Shown here in pieces: positions 53,410 to 63,773 of a stretch of 64,000 nucleotides of DNA. The position numbers were made by a program, and so were the translations under genes. The stretch's first letter is position 1. Each line of letters starts with the position of its first letter. The notes under the pieces are model-generated. The model was not told the DNA's origin, did no database searches, and worked only from the letters and a program-made list of their open reading frames with translations. Location: contig SVSZ01000002.1 in assembly GCA_015064025.1 (NCBI GenBank), forward strand, positions 186-64,185. The letters run 5' to 3'. This DNA comes from Oscillospiraceae bacterium (GTDB lineage: Bacteria > Bacillota > Clostridia > Oscillospirales > CAG-272).

Positions 53410-53880
53410 TCATTTGAGTGCCGAATGCTTCAATCGATCCAGCGTATTTTGCAAAATGATCTCTGCGGAGAGCGTGTCGATCACGCCCTTTCTTTTCTGT
53501 CCGCGCGTATTCGTTTCGTTGAGATAACGAGAGGCACTCACCGTGGTCAACCGCTCGTCGATCATCGCAACGGGAACGTCGCCGAGAAGCTCGGAAAGCC
53601 TGAGTGCAAACTCGCGGCAGCGGTCGGCTCTGTGTCCCTCGCTTCCGTCCATGTTGCGGGGAAGCCCCACCACAACGGCACCCACGCGCGACTCCCTTGC
53701 CACCACTGCGACCCGAATCGCCGTTTTTTCAAGACCTCCGGGGGAAACGTACCCGATCCCCGACGCCAAAAATCTTCCGACGTCCGAAACGGCAAGCCCC
53801 GTGCGCGTATCTCCAAAGTCCACGCCGAGGATCTTTCCGCAGCTTGTCCCCAGCGTATCCAGCGCGCAAATGCCGCTCAT
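53410..53880 (-). CDS. ruvX: Holliday-junction resolvase-like nuclease RuvX/YqgF
   Basis: Contains ILGVDFGDTRTGLAVSD, VVVGLPRNMDGS and DERLTT. Its ATG overlaps the fmt stop (ATGA). Confidence 0.88.
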   Translation of the reverse strand: MSGICALDTLGTSCGKILGVDFGDTRTGLAVSDVGRFLASGIGYVSPGGLEKTAIRVAVVARESRVGAVVVGLPRNMDGSEGHRADRCREFALRLSELLGDVPVAMIDERLTTVSASRYLNETNTRGQKRKGVIDTLSAEIILQNTLDRLKHSALK

Positions 53881-54830
53881 GAGAGCACCTCCGAGGAGGA
53901 AAGCACGTCCCCTACGGCGATCCTGCGCCCGTTGATAAAATCCACGGCTCTCATACGCTTCTTTCCCTCGGGAAGCACCGAGAGAAGCGCCACGGAGCCC
54001 TCACCGCAGGCGACCTCAATGACACCGCCCGCAAGCGAGATCACCTCGCCCACGCTGCCGTGCCGTCCCGTTCTCTTTGCGATCCTGCTCTCCGTCACCT
54101 TCAGTATTTTCCCGTCGGGGGTACGCGTAAAGGCGAGCGGAATGGGAGAAAGCCCTCGGATAAGGTCGTGCACACGCTTCGCGTCGTGCGAAAAATCGAT
54201 CGCACAGTCCGTCTTTTCGATCTTTGCGGCATAGGTAGCCGCCTCCCCGTTCTGGGGCACAGGAGTCAGTGTTCCCGCCTCAAGGTCTCTCAGCGTCTTC
54301 ACAAGGAGCACAGCCCCGGCCTCTCCGAGGCGGTCGTGAATGACCTCGAAATTGTCGTTTTCCTCAATCGGGACACAAACACTCAGAAGCATGTCTCCCG
54401 TATCCAGTCCCACGTCCATCTTCATGGTGGTAACGCCCGTCTGTGCACATCCGTCGATGATCGCACGCTGCATGGGCGCCGCTCCCCTATAGGCGGGCAG
54501 GAGCGAGCCGTGTACGTTGACGCAGCCGTGGACGGGATAATTCAGCACGTTCGCAGGAAGGATCTTTCCGTAAGCCACCACCACGATGACCTCGGGAGAG
54601 AGCGTCTCCAGAAGCGAAGCAAACGCCTCGCCCTTCAGCGTTTCGGGCTGATAAACGGGAAGACCCGCCTCAAACGCGTACACCTTAACGGGCGGCGGCA
54701 TAAGCGTATATCCCCTGCCGCGCGGCTTATCGGGCTGTGTCACAACGCCAACGATCTCCTCCCCCGCTTCCACAAGCGCACGGAGAGAAAAGAGCGCGAA
54801 ATCGGGCGTTCCCATAAATAGAATGCGCAT
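53877..54830 (-). CDS. fmt: Methionyl-tRNA formyltransferase
   Basis: Start trimmed to MRILFMGTPDFA. Contains NVHGSLLPAYRGAAP. Its ATG overlaps the def stop (TAATG). Confidence 0.93.
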   Translation of the reverse strand: MRILFMGTPDFALFSLRALVEAGEEIVGVVTQPDKPRGRGYTLMPPPVKVYAFEAGLPVYQPETLKGEAFASLLETLSPEVIVVVAYGKILPANVLNYPVHGCVNVHGSLLPAYRGAAPMQRAIIDGCAQTGVTTMKMDVGLDTGDMLLSVCVPIEENDNFEVIHDRLGEAGAVLLVKTLRDLEAGTLTPVPQNGEAATYAAKIEKTDCAIDFSHDAKRVHDLIRGLSPIPLAFTRTPDGKILKVTESRIAKRTGRHGSVGEVISLAGGVIEVACGEGSVALLSVLPEGKKRMRAVDFINGRRIAVGDVLSSSEVLS

Positions 54831-55282
54831 TATTTCACTTCCTTTACCATTTTGTCGATAAAGAGCGTACCGTCCAGATGGTCGATCTCGTGGCAAAGTG
54901 CGCGTGCGAGCAGATCGCTGCCCGAGATCTCAAAGGTCTCGCCGTCACGGTTGGTGGCACGCACCGTGACGTGCTTGGGGCGGTGTACGACGCCCCAGCG
55001 TCCGGGGATGGAAAGACATCCCTCCTCCGCCTCCTGCTCGCCCGCAAAGGCGATGATCTTGGGATTGATCAGCTCGATCACCTCGCCCGCCTCGACCTCA
55101 ATAACGGCAATACGGCGCAGAATGCCCACCTGGGGGGCGGCGAGTCCGCAGCCGTCGGCATCACGCATCGTCTCGATCATATCGTCAAGAAGCGTCAGCG
55201 TGCGGGGCGTGATCTTATCCACGGGGCGGCACACCTTGCGAAGCGTGTCGTCCCCTACCTTTACAATGTTCAGTTTTGCCAT
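54830..55282 (-). CDS. def: Peptide deformylase
   Basis: Start trimmed to MAKLNIVKVGD after AAGAGGAA. Contains GLAAPQVG, EGCLS and HEIDHL. Confidence 0.95.
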   Translation of the reverse strand: MAKLNIVKVGDDTLRKVCRPVDKITPRTLTLLDDMIETMRDADGCGLAAPQVGILRRIAVIEVEAGEVIELINPKIIAFAGEQEAEEGCLSIPGRWGVVHRPKHVTVRATNRDGETFEISGSDLLARALCHEIDHLDGTLFIDKMVKEVK

Positions 55283-55310
55283 AGATTCCTCTTTTCCGCG
55301 CATCCCGCCC

Positions 55311-57797
55311 TCAAAGCGTCGAGGGGTTGAGATCCGCACTCAGCGTTATATTCTGTCCCGCCTTTTTTCCAAAGGTGCAAATGAGCTCGGAAAGCATCGC
55401 AAGCGTGCGGCGGTTCAGCTTGCATTTGAGCACCAGTCTGACTCTGTATTTGTTATCCACCCGATACACGGGTGCTTCAAAGGGGCCGAAGCGGATCAGC
55501 TGTACGTCGCTGTATTTCTTCTCAAGCTCTCCATAGATCCGCATGAGAAAATCCACGTAACGGAAGAGCTCTGCCTCGATCGTTCCCGTCACCGTAAGCA
55601 ACGCAATGTCGCAAAAGGGCGGGAAGGTCAAGAGCCTCCGCAAACGGATCTCGCGCTCGTAAAAGCCCTCGTAGTCCTGCGCGCAGGCAAGACGGATGAC
55701 CTCGTGGTCGGGATTGCTCGTCTGAATGACCGCAACCCCCTCTCGCTCCCCACGTCCCGCGCGACCGATGACCTGCGTGAGCATGGAGAAGGTACGCTCG
55801 GCAGCACGGTAGTCCTCAAGAAAGAGGGACATGTCCGCAAGCAGGACTCCCACCAGCGTCACGGCGGGAAAATCGTGCCCCTTGGTCACCATCTGGGTGC
55901 CGAGAAGAATGTCGGCACGCTTCTCGCGGAACTCCGAAAGCATCGTGTCGTAGGAAAAACGGGTCGAGGTCGTGTCGGTGTCCATGCGAAGCACGCGTGC
56001 GTCGGGAAAGAGCGTTCCGAGCTCCTCCTCCACACGCTGTGTGCCAAAGCCCATCCGTTGAAGATGCGGAGAATGGCAGGTAGGACACTCCGTAGGGACG
56101 GGATGGCGCGCGCCGCACCAGTGGCAGATCATCTCGTGCGCGTCATACGCGCGGCGCTTTTTGTGATAGGTCATCGACACCGAGCAGGAGGGGCACTTGA
56201 CCGCCTCGCCGCAGGCGCGACAGCTGATAAAATGATTGTATCCCCGACGGTTGAGAAACAGGATCGCCTGCTCGTCCCGCGCACGGCGGCGCGAAAGCTC
56301 GGAGATCAGAAGCTCACTCAGGGGGGACAGCGTTCCCTTCCCCGCCTCACCTCGCATGTCGGCAAGAAGAACGCGCGGAAGATGCGCGCCGCCGAAGCGT
56401 CTGGTCAGACGGACAAGCGTATACACGCCCTCCTTTGCCTTCTTGTAGCTCTCAACGGAGGGAGTCGCCGAGGCGAGGAGCATGAGCGCCCCGTTCGCGT
56501 GGCAACGGTAGCGCGCAACGTCGCGCGCGTGGTATTTCGGATTCTGGTCGGACTTATAGGTGTGCTCGTGCTCCTCGTCGATGATGATCGCACCGAGATT
56601 TCTCACGGGAGCGAAGACCGCGGAGCGCGTGCCGATGACAACGTCGGCTCTCCCCTCGCGGATGCGGCACCACGTATCGTAGCGTTCCCCTGCGGAGAGA
56701 CCCGAATGGATGAGCGCCACGCGCTCACCGTAGCGCGCACAAAAGATGGACACCGTCTGCGGTGTCAGCGCGATCTCGGGTAAAAGAAGGATCACACCCT
56801 TCGAGCGCGAGAGCAATCGGTCGATAAGCACCGTCATCACGGCAGTCTTTCCGCTTCCCGTCACACCGTGGAGCAGTGCCGCACGCGCCTCGCCCGAAAG
56901 CGTGAGAGCATCCAGGGTCTCTACCGCCGCCGTCTGCTCCTCATTGAGCGTGATCGGCGTCTGACCCGTGAAGGGGACGTCGGCATAGGAATTGCGCTCC
57001 AAACGCACCTCACGCCACGCAAGGAAGCCGTGAGCAGACAGGGTCTTGAGCGGTGCGTCTCCCACCTCTGCACTCGACTTCAGCTCGGAGGTAGTCATGG
57101 GAGTCTCGCTCTCAAGCACGGCGCGAAGCACGCACCTTTGCTTTTCCGAGGTGAGCTTATGCCCCATCACCTCGCGCCCCTCAAGAAGTGCGCTGATCTC
57201 CTCGCGCGGCAGCGGAGAATACCACACACGCACAAGCTTCTCAGCGGCAGGATCCACCTGCACGGTCTCCTTGACGACCGAGCCGGAGGCGCGCAAGTGG
57301 CGCAGTGCATGCCCCAAAAAGGCGCCGAAACGGCGCCGAAGCTGTGGGTAGCGGAGCGTACCGTTTTCTCTCAAATACTCATATACCAACAAATCCGACG
57401 CCTCTGGGTCGTCGGAGCGTGTCGGTGGTATGATATCGGTAGCATAGTAGACCGTCGCAAGACGGGAAAGCGCCGATGCGGGCATCATCGCACGCACGGC
57501 GTCTCCTGTACTGCAAAGCATTCTTTCCTTCATAAAGGCGCAAAGCCCCTGCATCTCCTCATCCAATGCAAGAGTCGGGGGGCATATCTCGTGCACCGCC
57601 TTGAGCTCTCTTTGGGGAGGCTCCTCGCGAAGCTCTGTCACAAGCGCCATACGCAGGGTGTTGGAGTTCCCGAAGGGAACCGTCACAAACCCGCCCTTGA
57701 CGATGTCCGCCGCCATATCCGCGGGCACACGGTAATCGTACACGCTGTCAATGAAAAACGGATTGTCAAGCACACACACGCCAACAGCGTATGTCAA
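55311..57797 (-). CDS. priA: Primosomal replication-restart helicase PriA
   Basis: 828 aa. Contains Walker A GVTGSGKT, DEEH and Cys4 zinc motifs. The apparent TTG start overlaps the rpoZ stop. Confidence 0.92.
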   Translation of the reverse strand: MTYAVGVCVLDNPFFIDSVYDYRVPADMAADIVKGGFVTVPFGNSNTLRMALVTELREEPPQRELKAVHEICPPTLALDEEMQGLCAFMKERMLCSTGDAVRAMMPASALSRLATVYYATDIIPPTRSDDPEASDLLVYEYLRENGTLRYPQLRRRFGAFLGHALRHLRASGSVVKETVQVDPAAEKLVRVWYSPLPREEISALLEGREVMGHKLTSEKQRCVLRAVLESETPMTTSELKSSAEVGDAPLKTLSAHGFLAWREVRLERNSYADVPFTGQTPITLNEEQTAAVETLDALTLSGEARAALLHGVTGSGKTAVMTVLIDRLLSRSKGVILLLPEIALTPQTVSIFCARYGERVALIHSGLSAGERYDTWCRIREGRADVVIGTRSAVFAPVRNLGAIIIDEEHEHTYKSDQNPKYHARDVARYRCHANGALMLLASATPSVESYKKAKEGVYTLVRLTRRFGGAHLPRVLLADMRGEAGKGTLSPLSELLISELSRRRARDEQAILFLNRRGYNHFISCRACGEAVKCPSCSVSMTYHKKRRAYDAHEMICHWCGARHPVPTECPTCHSPHLQRMGFGTQRVEEELGTLFPDARVLRMDTDTTSTRFSYDTMLSEFREKRADILLGTQMVTKGHDFPAVTLVGVLLADMSLFLEDYRAAERTFSMLTQVIGRAGRGEREGVAVIQTSNPDHEVIRLACAQDYEGFYEREIRLRRLLTFPPFCDIALLTVTGTIEAELFRYVDFLMRIYGELEKKYSDVQLIRFGPFEAPVYRVDNKYRVRLVLKCKLNRRTLAMLSELICTFGKKAGQNITLSADLNPSTL

Positions 57798-58141
57798 AGG
57801 TCGCTCTCCTCGTTGGCAGGTGTCGCTTCCTCGGTCGCAGCTGCCTCTTTCTCGGCAACAGGCTCGGACGTGCGGTAGCCCGCCTCGGGATCGATCACAT
57901 AGATACCGTCGCGCAGACGGTTGACGGCAACGTGCACCGCCTTCTCGTCGCGAAGCTCACGGTCGATCATGGTATTGATAGGCTTGTCGGTTTCCTTATT
58001 GCCCGTATTGGACTTCTCCGCCTCCTCGTGCTGACGGACGTACTCGTCGGTCACAAGACGTGCGCACTTTGCGGTAGCAAGCGCGAGCTCATAGCGGTTG
58101 AATTTGCCGTGCGTCAGTTCTTCGATGGTAGGGTGCAACAT
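57794..58141 (-). CDS. rpoZ: DNA-directed RNA polymerase subunit omega
   Basis: The N-terminus is MLHPTIEELTHGKFNRYELALATAKCARLV. The RBS is AAGGAG. The C-terminal tail is extended and acidic. Confidence 0.88.
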   Translation of the reverse strand: MLHPTIEELTHGKFNRYELALATAKCARLVTDEYVRQHEEAEKSNTGNKETDKPINTMIDRELRDEKAVHVAVNRLRDGIYVIDPEAGYRTSEPVAEKEAAATEEATPANEESDL

Positions 58142-58181
58142 AATTTTATCTCCTTGTTAAGCAAATAGATGTAAAACGAAA

Positions 58182-58781
58182 TCATTCAAAATAACGCTTT
58201 GCGGCGTCTGCGTGTCTCTTGACCGCACACTTCTCGGCATGGACGATAGAAAGGATCTCCTTCGCGCATGCATCGATCTCGCGGTTGTAAACGACGTAAT
58301 CGTATCTTGGGAAATACTTCATTTCGGCATGCGTCCGCTCAAGCCGCCCGCGGATGATCTCCTCACTCTCGGTTCCGCGACCGCGAAGCCTACGCTCCTG
58401 CTCCGCAAAATCGGGTGGGAGAAGCATGATCAGCACCGCCTCGGGGTAGATGCGCTTGACGTTCATCGCACCCTCGACCTCAATTTCAAGGATGAGATTG
58501 CGTCCGCTTTCCACTGCGGCAAGCACCTCGGAAAACTCGGTGCCGTAGTAATTGCCGTTGTAGGTGGTGTACTCCAGCATCTCGCCGTTTCTGATCTTTT
58601 CCTCAAAGCTCTCGTGTGTGATAAAATGATAATCCACACCGTCCGTCTCTCCCGCGCGGGGCGCGCGTGTCGTTGCCGACACGGAGAAAGCAAAATCCTC
58701 CATTTCGGTCAATACCGAGCGGACCGTCCCCTTTCCGCTTCCCGAGGGACCCGACAAAACGATCAATAAGCCCTTTTCCAT
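58182..58781 (-). CDS. gmk: Guanylate kinase
   Basis: Contains LIVLSGPSGSGKGT and SATTRAPRAGE.DGVDYHF. Confidence 0.95.
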   Translation of the reverse strand: MEKGLLIVLSGPSGSGKGTVRSVLTEMEDFAFSVSATTRAPRAGETDGVDYHFITHESFEEKIRNGEMLEYTTYNGNYYGTEFSEVLAAVESGRNLILEIEVEGAMNVKRIYPEAVLIMLLPPDFAEQERRLRGRGTESEEIIRGRLERTHAEMKYFPRYDYVVYNREIDACAKEILSIVHAEKCAVKRHADAAKRYFE

Positions 58782-58790
58782 ATACTCTCC

Positions 58791-59066
58791 TTATTCCGGG
58801 TCCTCTTCGGAGGGATCCTCCTCGGAGGCACCGTTGTTCTCCAAACGGTTGGCTATGGTCTCTGTCTGAATGGCAGATAGGATCACGTGCTCGGAATCCG
58901 TGATGATCACGGCGCGCGTACGGCGTCCGCAGGTCACGTCGATCGCTCTGCCGTCATCCTTGGAATCCTGAATCAGTCTTTTAATGGGCGCGGAGTCGGG
59001 GTTTGCAATCGAAACCACGCGATCGGCAGCCACCATGTTTCCAAATCCAACGTTGATAAATTTCAT
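58791..59066 (-). CDS. remA: RemA/DUF370 family regulator
   Basis: Begins [32 protein letters not shown] and lies in the conserved position between yicC and gmk. Confidence 0.88.
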   Translation of the reverse strand: MKFINVGFGNMVAADRVVSIANPDSAPIKRLIQDSKDDGRAIDVTCGRRTRAVIITDSEHVILSAIQTETIANRLENNGASEEDPSEEDPE

Positions 59067-59086
59067 AAAATTCTCCTTCCGAGATC

Positions 59087-59974
59087 TTACTCAAGATTCT
59101 GTATCTGCTCACGGATCTTTTCCAGCTCGCATTTCGCGTCCACCACCAAGGCGGCGATCGCCGCATCCGAGCACTTTGAGCCCGTGGTATTGACCTCACG
59201 GTTCATCTCCTGGAGCAAAAAGTCCAGCCGCCGTCCCACGGCATCCCCGTCGGCAAGTATTTTTTCAAACGCTTCAAAATGCGTGCGCAGGCGCACCGTT
59301 TCCTCATCGATCGCCACCTTATCCGCATAGATCGCGCACTCGGTCAAAAGGCGCGTCTCATCGGGTGTGATCAGATTGTCCGCCAACGCCTCTCTGATGC
59401 GCTGCGCAAGACGCTCGCGGTAGGTGCCGATGCAAGCCTGTGACAGCTGCTCGATCCGATCGACCAGCGAGCGCAGATTTTCAAGCTTTGCGCGCATATC
59501 CGCGGCAAGGCTCTCCCCCTCGCGACGACGCACCTCGAGAAAAACGTCCGTTGCGGCATCCAGCGCGGTCTTCACGGCGCTCCAGTCGCGTTCAATATCC
59601 TCCTCCGGCTTCTTCACAAGAAAGACGTCGCGATTTGCGGCAACGCTCATCACGGAAATATCATCCCGCAGCCCATAGCTGTCCCGCAGCGTGTGAAGCG
59701 CCGCAAGGTACCCGCGCAAATACCCCTCGTCAAGAGAGATATCCGCAGCCTCTGCCCCAAGGGACTCCACAGAGATCCACACGTCCACCTTTCCGCGCGA
59801 CACACCGCGCGAGAGAAGATACGGCTTTACGCGCTCCTCAAGGTATCCGTAAGCGCGGCTGATCTTTGTATTACAGTCCAGAAAGCGGCTGTTGACCGAC
59901 TTGATCTCCACCGTAATATCCAAGCCCTCCACCGTCATGCGGCACCTTCCAAAGCCCGTCATGCTCCGAATCAT
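59087..59974 (-). CDS. yicC: YicC/YloC family stress-induced endoribonuclease-like protein
   Basis: Start trimmed to [10 protein letters not shown] after GGAGG. Contains SVNSRFLD and a C-terminal [11 protein letters not shown]. Confidence 0.88.
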   Translation of the reverse strand: MIRSMTGFGRCRMTVEGLDITVEIKSVNSRFLDCNTKISRAYGYLEERVKPYLLSRGVSRGKVDVWISVESLGAEAADISLDEGYLRGYLAALHTLRDSYGLRDDISVMSVAANRDVFLVKKPEEDIERDWSAVKTALDAATDVFLEVRRREGESLAADMRAKLENLRSLVDRIEQLSQACIGTYRERLAQRIREALADNLITPDETRLLTECAIYADKVAIDEETVRLRTHFEAFEKILADGDAVGRRLDFLLQEMNREVNTTGSKCSDAAIAALVVDAKCELEKIREQIQNLE

Positions 59975-60051
59975 ACGGCACCTCCGTTCCAAAAATAGAT
60001 ATATATAATTATTGTACCTTATTTCTCATAAAAAGTCAACCCTTTTCGCGG

Positions 60052-61563
60052 TCAATTTTCTTTCCTTTTCACCGCAAGATACGCACGCAGCTCCTCACGC
60101 CGCTCCTCATCCGTAGCGGGATCGGCAAGCTCCGCGTAAAGGAGGGAGAGCTCAAGCTCCTCCGAGGAGATCACGTTCACGTGATGCATAAGCCCCAGGC
60201 GCGCGAGACGGATGATCGAATAGCGTCGCGGTGTGCTCACCACCAGATCGGTCAGCGCCTCACAGCCCGAAAAAACGTTCTTGTCAAGCCGCAGCCGCTC
60301 GGACGGCATGATCACCGTTTCGAGAGAAGCGCAGTCGCAAAAGGCATACAGGTGAAGCCGAGAAAGAGCAGACGGCAGCGTGATGCCCTCAAGGGCAAGG
60401 CAGCCCTCAAACGCGCGCTCCTCGATCACACTCAGCGAATCGGGAAGCTCTACGGAGCAAAGCGCTGCGCAGTGCGAGAACACCCGCGCCTCGATCCTTT
60501 CCACCGTCGTCGGCAAGGCGATCGCCCGAAGAGAAAGACATCCGAAAAAGGCGCTTTCCTCCAGCACGCGCACGCGGGCGTCAAGTCGCACCCGTGAGAG
60601 CGCGGTGCAGTGCGCAAAGGCGGCATTGGAAAGCTCCACTACACTTTGGGGGATCTCGATCTCCGAAAGAGAGGTACAACCGAAAAAGGCGGAGTTTCCG
60701 ATGCGCGAAATGCCGTCGGGGAGCGTGATCTTATCCAATCGGCGGCAGCCGAAGAAGGCGGCGTTTCCGATATAGGAAAGCTCGGGCGGCAGGATCACGC
60801 GCTCAAGATTTTCGCAAAGGGAAAAGGTATAGTCACCAATGAAGCGGACCAGCTCGGGCATGCGGAAGGTGCGAAGCGACGCACACTCCGAAAAAGCACC
60901 GACACCGATGTGCAAAAGGCGCTTGGGAAGGATCACCTCCGAAAGAGACGCACAGCGCCCGAAGGCATATTTATCTATGGCGTCCACGCCTGCGGGAAGC
61001 GCGATGGCACGAAGCGAGCGACAGTTGAAAAACGCACCGTACGGAATGGCGGTGATCCCCTCGGGGAGAAGGATCTCCTCAAGGCTTTCGCAGTCAAAAA
61101 AGGCGTTCGAGCCAATGTGTGAGAGCCCTTCCGGAAGCACGACCGTTCGGAGAGAGGAGCAGGCGCGGAAGCAGCCGTCGTCAACGGAGACGACAGAGCG
61201 CGGCAAAAGCGCCGCCGAAAGCGAGGTGCACCCCGCAAAGGCGTGGGCGCCGATCCCGCGCAAGGACTCGGAGAAAACGACCTCGCGCAGTGCGGTGCAG
61301 CCGCGAAACGCGTTCGGCTCGATCACGGAAACGTTAGATCCCAGCACCACACGCGTAATTTTTTTGTTGCTCCGAAAGGCATCTGCCGCAATGGCGGTGA
61401 CGGACGCGGGGATCACAATCTCCTCGCGCTTCCCGTAGTAGCGCAAAAACCTTCCGTTCCGAATCTCACTGTAACGAAGGATATCGGGAAGTCGCGACGG
61501 CTTTTTCTGCCGTCCCTCCCCGCTCTTCACTGTTTTTTCTTCCATGGCAATTCCTTTTTTCAT
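60052..61563 (-). CDS. BspA-type leucine-rich-repeat protein without a signal peptide
   Basis: About 20 LRR units (IP.SV..I...AF..C.SL). The N-terminus is hydrophilic (MKKGIAMEEKTVKSGEGRQKK), with no TM or lipobox. The start is uncertain: ATG 61563, or ATG 61545 with a better AAGGAA RBS. The track's TTG start overlaps the hprK stop. Confidence 0.75.
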   Translation of the reverse strand: MKKGIAMEEKTVKSGEGRQKKPSRLPDILRYSEIRNGRFLRYYGKREEIVIPASVTAIAADAFRSNKKITRVVLGSNVSVIEPNAFRGCTALREVVFSESLRGIGAHAFAGCTSLSAALLPRSVVSVDDGCFRACSSLRTVVLPEGLSHIGSNAFFDCESLEEILLPEGITAIPYGAFFNCRSLRAIALPAGVDAIDKYAFGRCASLSEVILPKRLLHIGVGAFSECASLRTFRMPELVRFIGDYTFSLCENLERVILPPELSYIGNAAFFGCRRLDKITLPDGISRIGNSAFFGCTSLSEIEIPQSVVELSNAAFAHCTALSRVRLDARVRVLEESAFFGCLSLRAIALPTTVERIEARVFSHCAALCSVELPDSLSVIEERAFEGCLALEGITLPSALSRLHLYAFCDCASLETVIMPSERLRLDKNVFSGCEALTDLVVSTPRRYSIIRLARLGLMHHVNVISSEELELSLLYAELADPATDEERREELRAYLAVKRKEN

Positions 61564-61571
61564 TTCTTGTC

Positions 61572-62510
61572 TCAAAGCTCATCCACGCCCATCTGGCGCA
61601 TCATCCGCTTATTGAATTCCTCTGCCGTGTTATAGCCCATCCGCTTTTGTCTGTAGTTCATGGCGGCGACCTCCAGGATGATGGCGAGGTTACGGCCGGG
61701 ACGTACGGGCACGGTGATCGAGGGCACCTCGATGCCGAGAATGTTGATCTTCTCCTCGTCCATACCGAGTCGGTCGTACATTTTTCCCTCCACCCAGTTT
61801 TCCAGCTGGATGACGAGGTCGATGCGCTCGGTCTCCTTAACGGCACCCATACCGAAGAGTCTGCGCACGTCCACGATACCGATGCCGCGCAGCTCCACGT
61901 AGTGTCTGATCAGCTCGGGGGCGGATCCAACCAGCGTTTTATCCGACACGCGCTTGATCTCCACCGCATCATCCGCGATCAGACGGTGACCTCTTTTGAT
62001 CAGCTCAATGGTGGTTTCACTCTTACCGACGCCGCTGTCACCGAGCAGAAGCATCCCCTCACCGTAGACCTCCACCAAGCCGCCGTGCCGTGTGATACGG
62101 GGAGCTAAGTGGTTATTGAGTGAGGAAATGAGGCTTGCCATGATCTGACTGGTCTTGACAGCGGTACGAAGCACGGGAACACCGCGCTGCTGTGCGCGCT
62201 CGATCAGCGCCTCATCCGCGGGGAGCCCTGTGGTGTAGATGATCGCCACAGGGTGAGCATCCACAAAATTCTGGAGCATCAGGCGCTTCTTGCTTGCGTC
62301 AAGCGAGGAAAGATACGCAGCCTCAGCCCTACCGATCAGCTGAATGCGCTCTGCCTCAAACATTTCAAAAAAGCCCGCAAGCGCAAGCCCGGGACGGTTG
62401 ACCTCGGGAGAGGTGATCTGAATCTCGTCAAAGTTGTCCGGACGGACGAGCGTCTCAAGCTTAAAATCCTCCGCGATCTTGGAAAGCGGAATTTTGTATA
62501 CCTTCTTCAC
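61572..62510 (-). CDS. hprK: HPr kinase/phosphorylase
   Basis: Start assigned to GTG 62510, 8 nt after AAGGAG. Contains Walker A GDSGVGKSE and LEVRGIG-type motifs (ELRGIGIVDV). Confidence 0.9.
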   Translation of the reverse strand: MKKVYKIPLSKIAEDFKLETLVRPDNFDEIQITSPEVNRPGLALAGFFEMFEAERIQLIGRAEAAYLSSLDASKKRLMLQNFVDAHPVAIIYTTGLPADEALIERAQQRGVPVLRTAVKTSQIMASLISSLNNHLAPRITRHGGLVEVYGEGMLLLGDSGVGKSETTIELIKRGHRLIADDAVEIKRVSDKTLVGSAPELIRHYVELRGIGIVDVRRLFGMGAVKETERIDLVIQLENWVEGKMYDRLGMDEEKINILGIEVPSITVPVRPGRNLAIILEVAAMNYRQKRMGYNTAEEFNKRMMRQMGVDEL

Positions 62511-62709
62511 GTGGGGGTCTCCTTTCTCTGCACGAGGGGTACTTTTGCGGGAACGAACGTCCCATCTCAAAGCTCTGCATATATTGTAGCATAAAACAAA
62601 AAGAAAAGGAATCCCTTTTTGAAAAATTCGTTCCCTTTTTCTTCGCTATTCACAGAATATACATAACTCTCCTGTATAATAGAGGGTAACGAACACTACG
62701 GAGGTCATT

Positions 62710-63750
62710 ATGCAAAGGCTGATCAAATATACCGCCGCCCTTCTCTCCCTCATTCTTCCGCTTTTTTCATTCCTTGCCTGCTCCGACACGGATAAGGAAG
62801 AAAATGCGCTTTATACCGAGGTCGTGGGAAGCGCGGGCGAATACGATATTCTCTACGACGAATTGCGTTTTGTCACCCTGACCTACCGCAAAATCCTTGA
62901 CGCGACCTACGGCGACGGCATCGACGACAACGGCACGATCTGGGACCGTGAGGAATCTGCCAAGCGCTATCGCGGAGAGCTTGAAAAAAAGGTGCAGGCA
63001 ATGCTGGAGGAAAACTATCGCGTGCTCGCCGCCTGCTCCGTGTACGGCATCGGACGCGACGTCCTTGAGGGTGAAGAAATACAGCAGCAGGTCTCGCTTC
63101 AGTACAAAAACGCGGTCGCATCCTTCTCAAGCGAGGAAGCATTCCTTGCCGACATGGATGGGAATTTTATGACCGAGCGCCTTTACAAGCTTTACCTTGC
63201 GCGTGACTTCATGAAGTACAAGCTGCGCGATGCCGTACTGCAGGATAAAGACTCTGAGGTCATCAAGGATCAGGAATCCTTTTACAAGTGGCTGAACAAC
63301 GGAAATTGCGTATACGTACAGCATATTTTGCTCCGCAACGACGAGGGCGAGGATAAGGAAGCCAACCGTCGCATTGCCGAGGAGGTCAGTGCCACTCTCA
63401 AGAAAGGAGAGCAAACGATCGACGCCTTTGTCGGCAGTGCATTTTTCAACGAGGACCTGACAAACGTCTCTCCCTACTACCTCATTCAAGGGCTTTACGA
63501 CCCGGCACTTACCGACGCAGGACTTCGACTTTACAGCGACGGAGATGCCAGCGACGTGATCGAGACCGAGGAGGGCTTCTACGTTCTCCAGAGGATCGAA
63601 GCTCCCAAGGGGGATCTTGAGGGACGTCTTGCCGACCTGTATGACACTTACCTCTGGACAATGATCGGGGAGACCTCCACAGAGGTAGGAAACACCGACG
63701 TCATACTCAACGACTACGGAAAGAGCCTTGACCTTGTCACACTCAAATAA
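62710..63750 (+). CDS. PrsA/SurA-like peptidyl-prolyl isomerase lipoprotein
   Basis: Has the lipobox LFSFLAC and a parvulin-like segment (VYVQHILL...FYVLQRIE). The RBS is GGAGG. Confidence 0.7.
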   Translation: MQRLIKYTAALLSLILPLFSFLACSDTDKEENALYTEVVGSAGEYDILYDELRFVTLTYRKILDATYGDGIDDNGTIWDREESAKRYRGELEKKVQAMLEENYRVLAACSVYGIGRDVLEGEEIQQQVSLQYKNAVASFSSEEAFLADMDGNFMTERLYKLYLARDFMKYKLRDAVLQDKDSEVIKDQESFYKWLNNGNCVYVQHILLRNDEGEDKEANRRIAEEVSATLKKGEQTIDAFVGSAFFNEDLTNVSPYYLIQGLYDPALTDAGLRLYSDGDASDVIETEEGFYVLQRIEAPKGDLEGRLADLYDTYLWTMIGETSTEVGNTDVILNDYGKSLDLVTLK

Positions 63751-63773
63751 TTTTTACGATCCAAGGAGTACGT

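Noticed and set aside
52348-56783. Long plus-strand ORFs 52348..54234 (628 aa) and 54852..56783 (643 aa).
   Set aside because: They are antisense to the CN-hydrolase/GDPD gene, ruvX, fmt, def and priA, and their translations are Arg/Gly/His-rich junk with no RBS.
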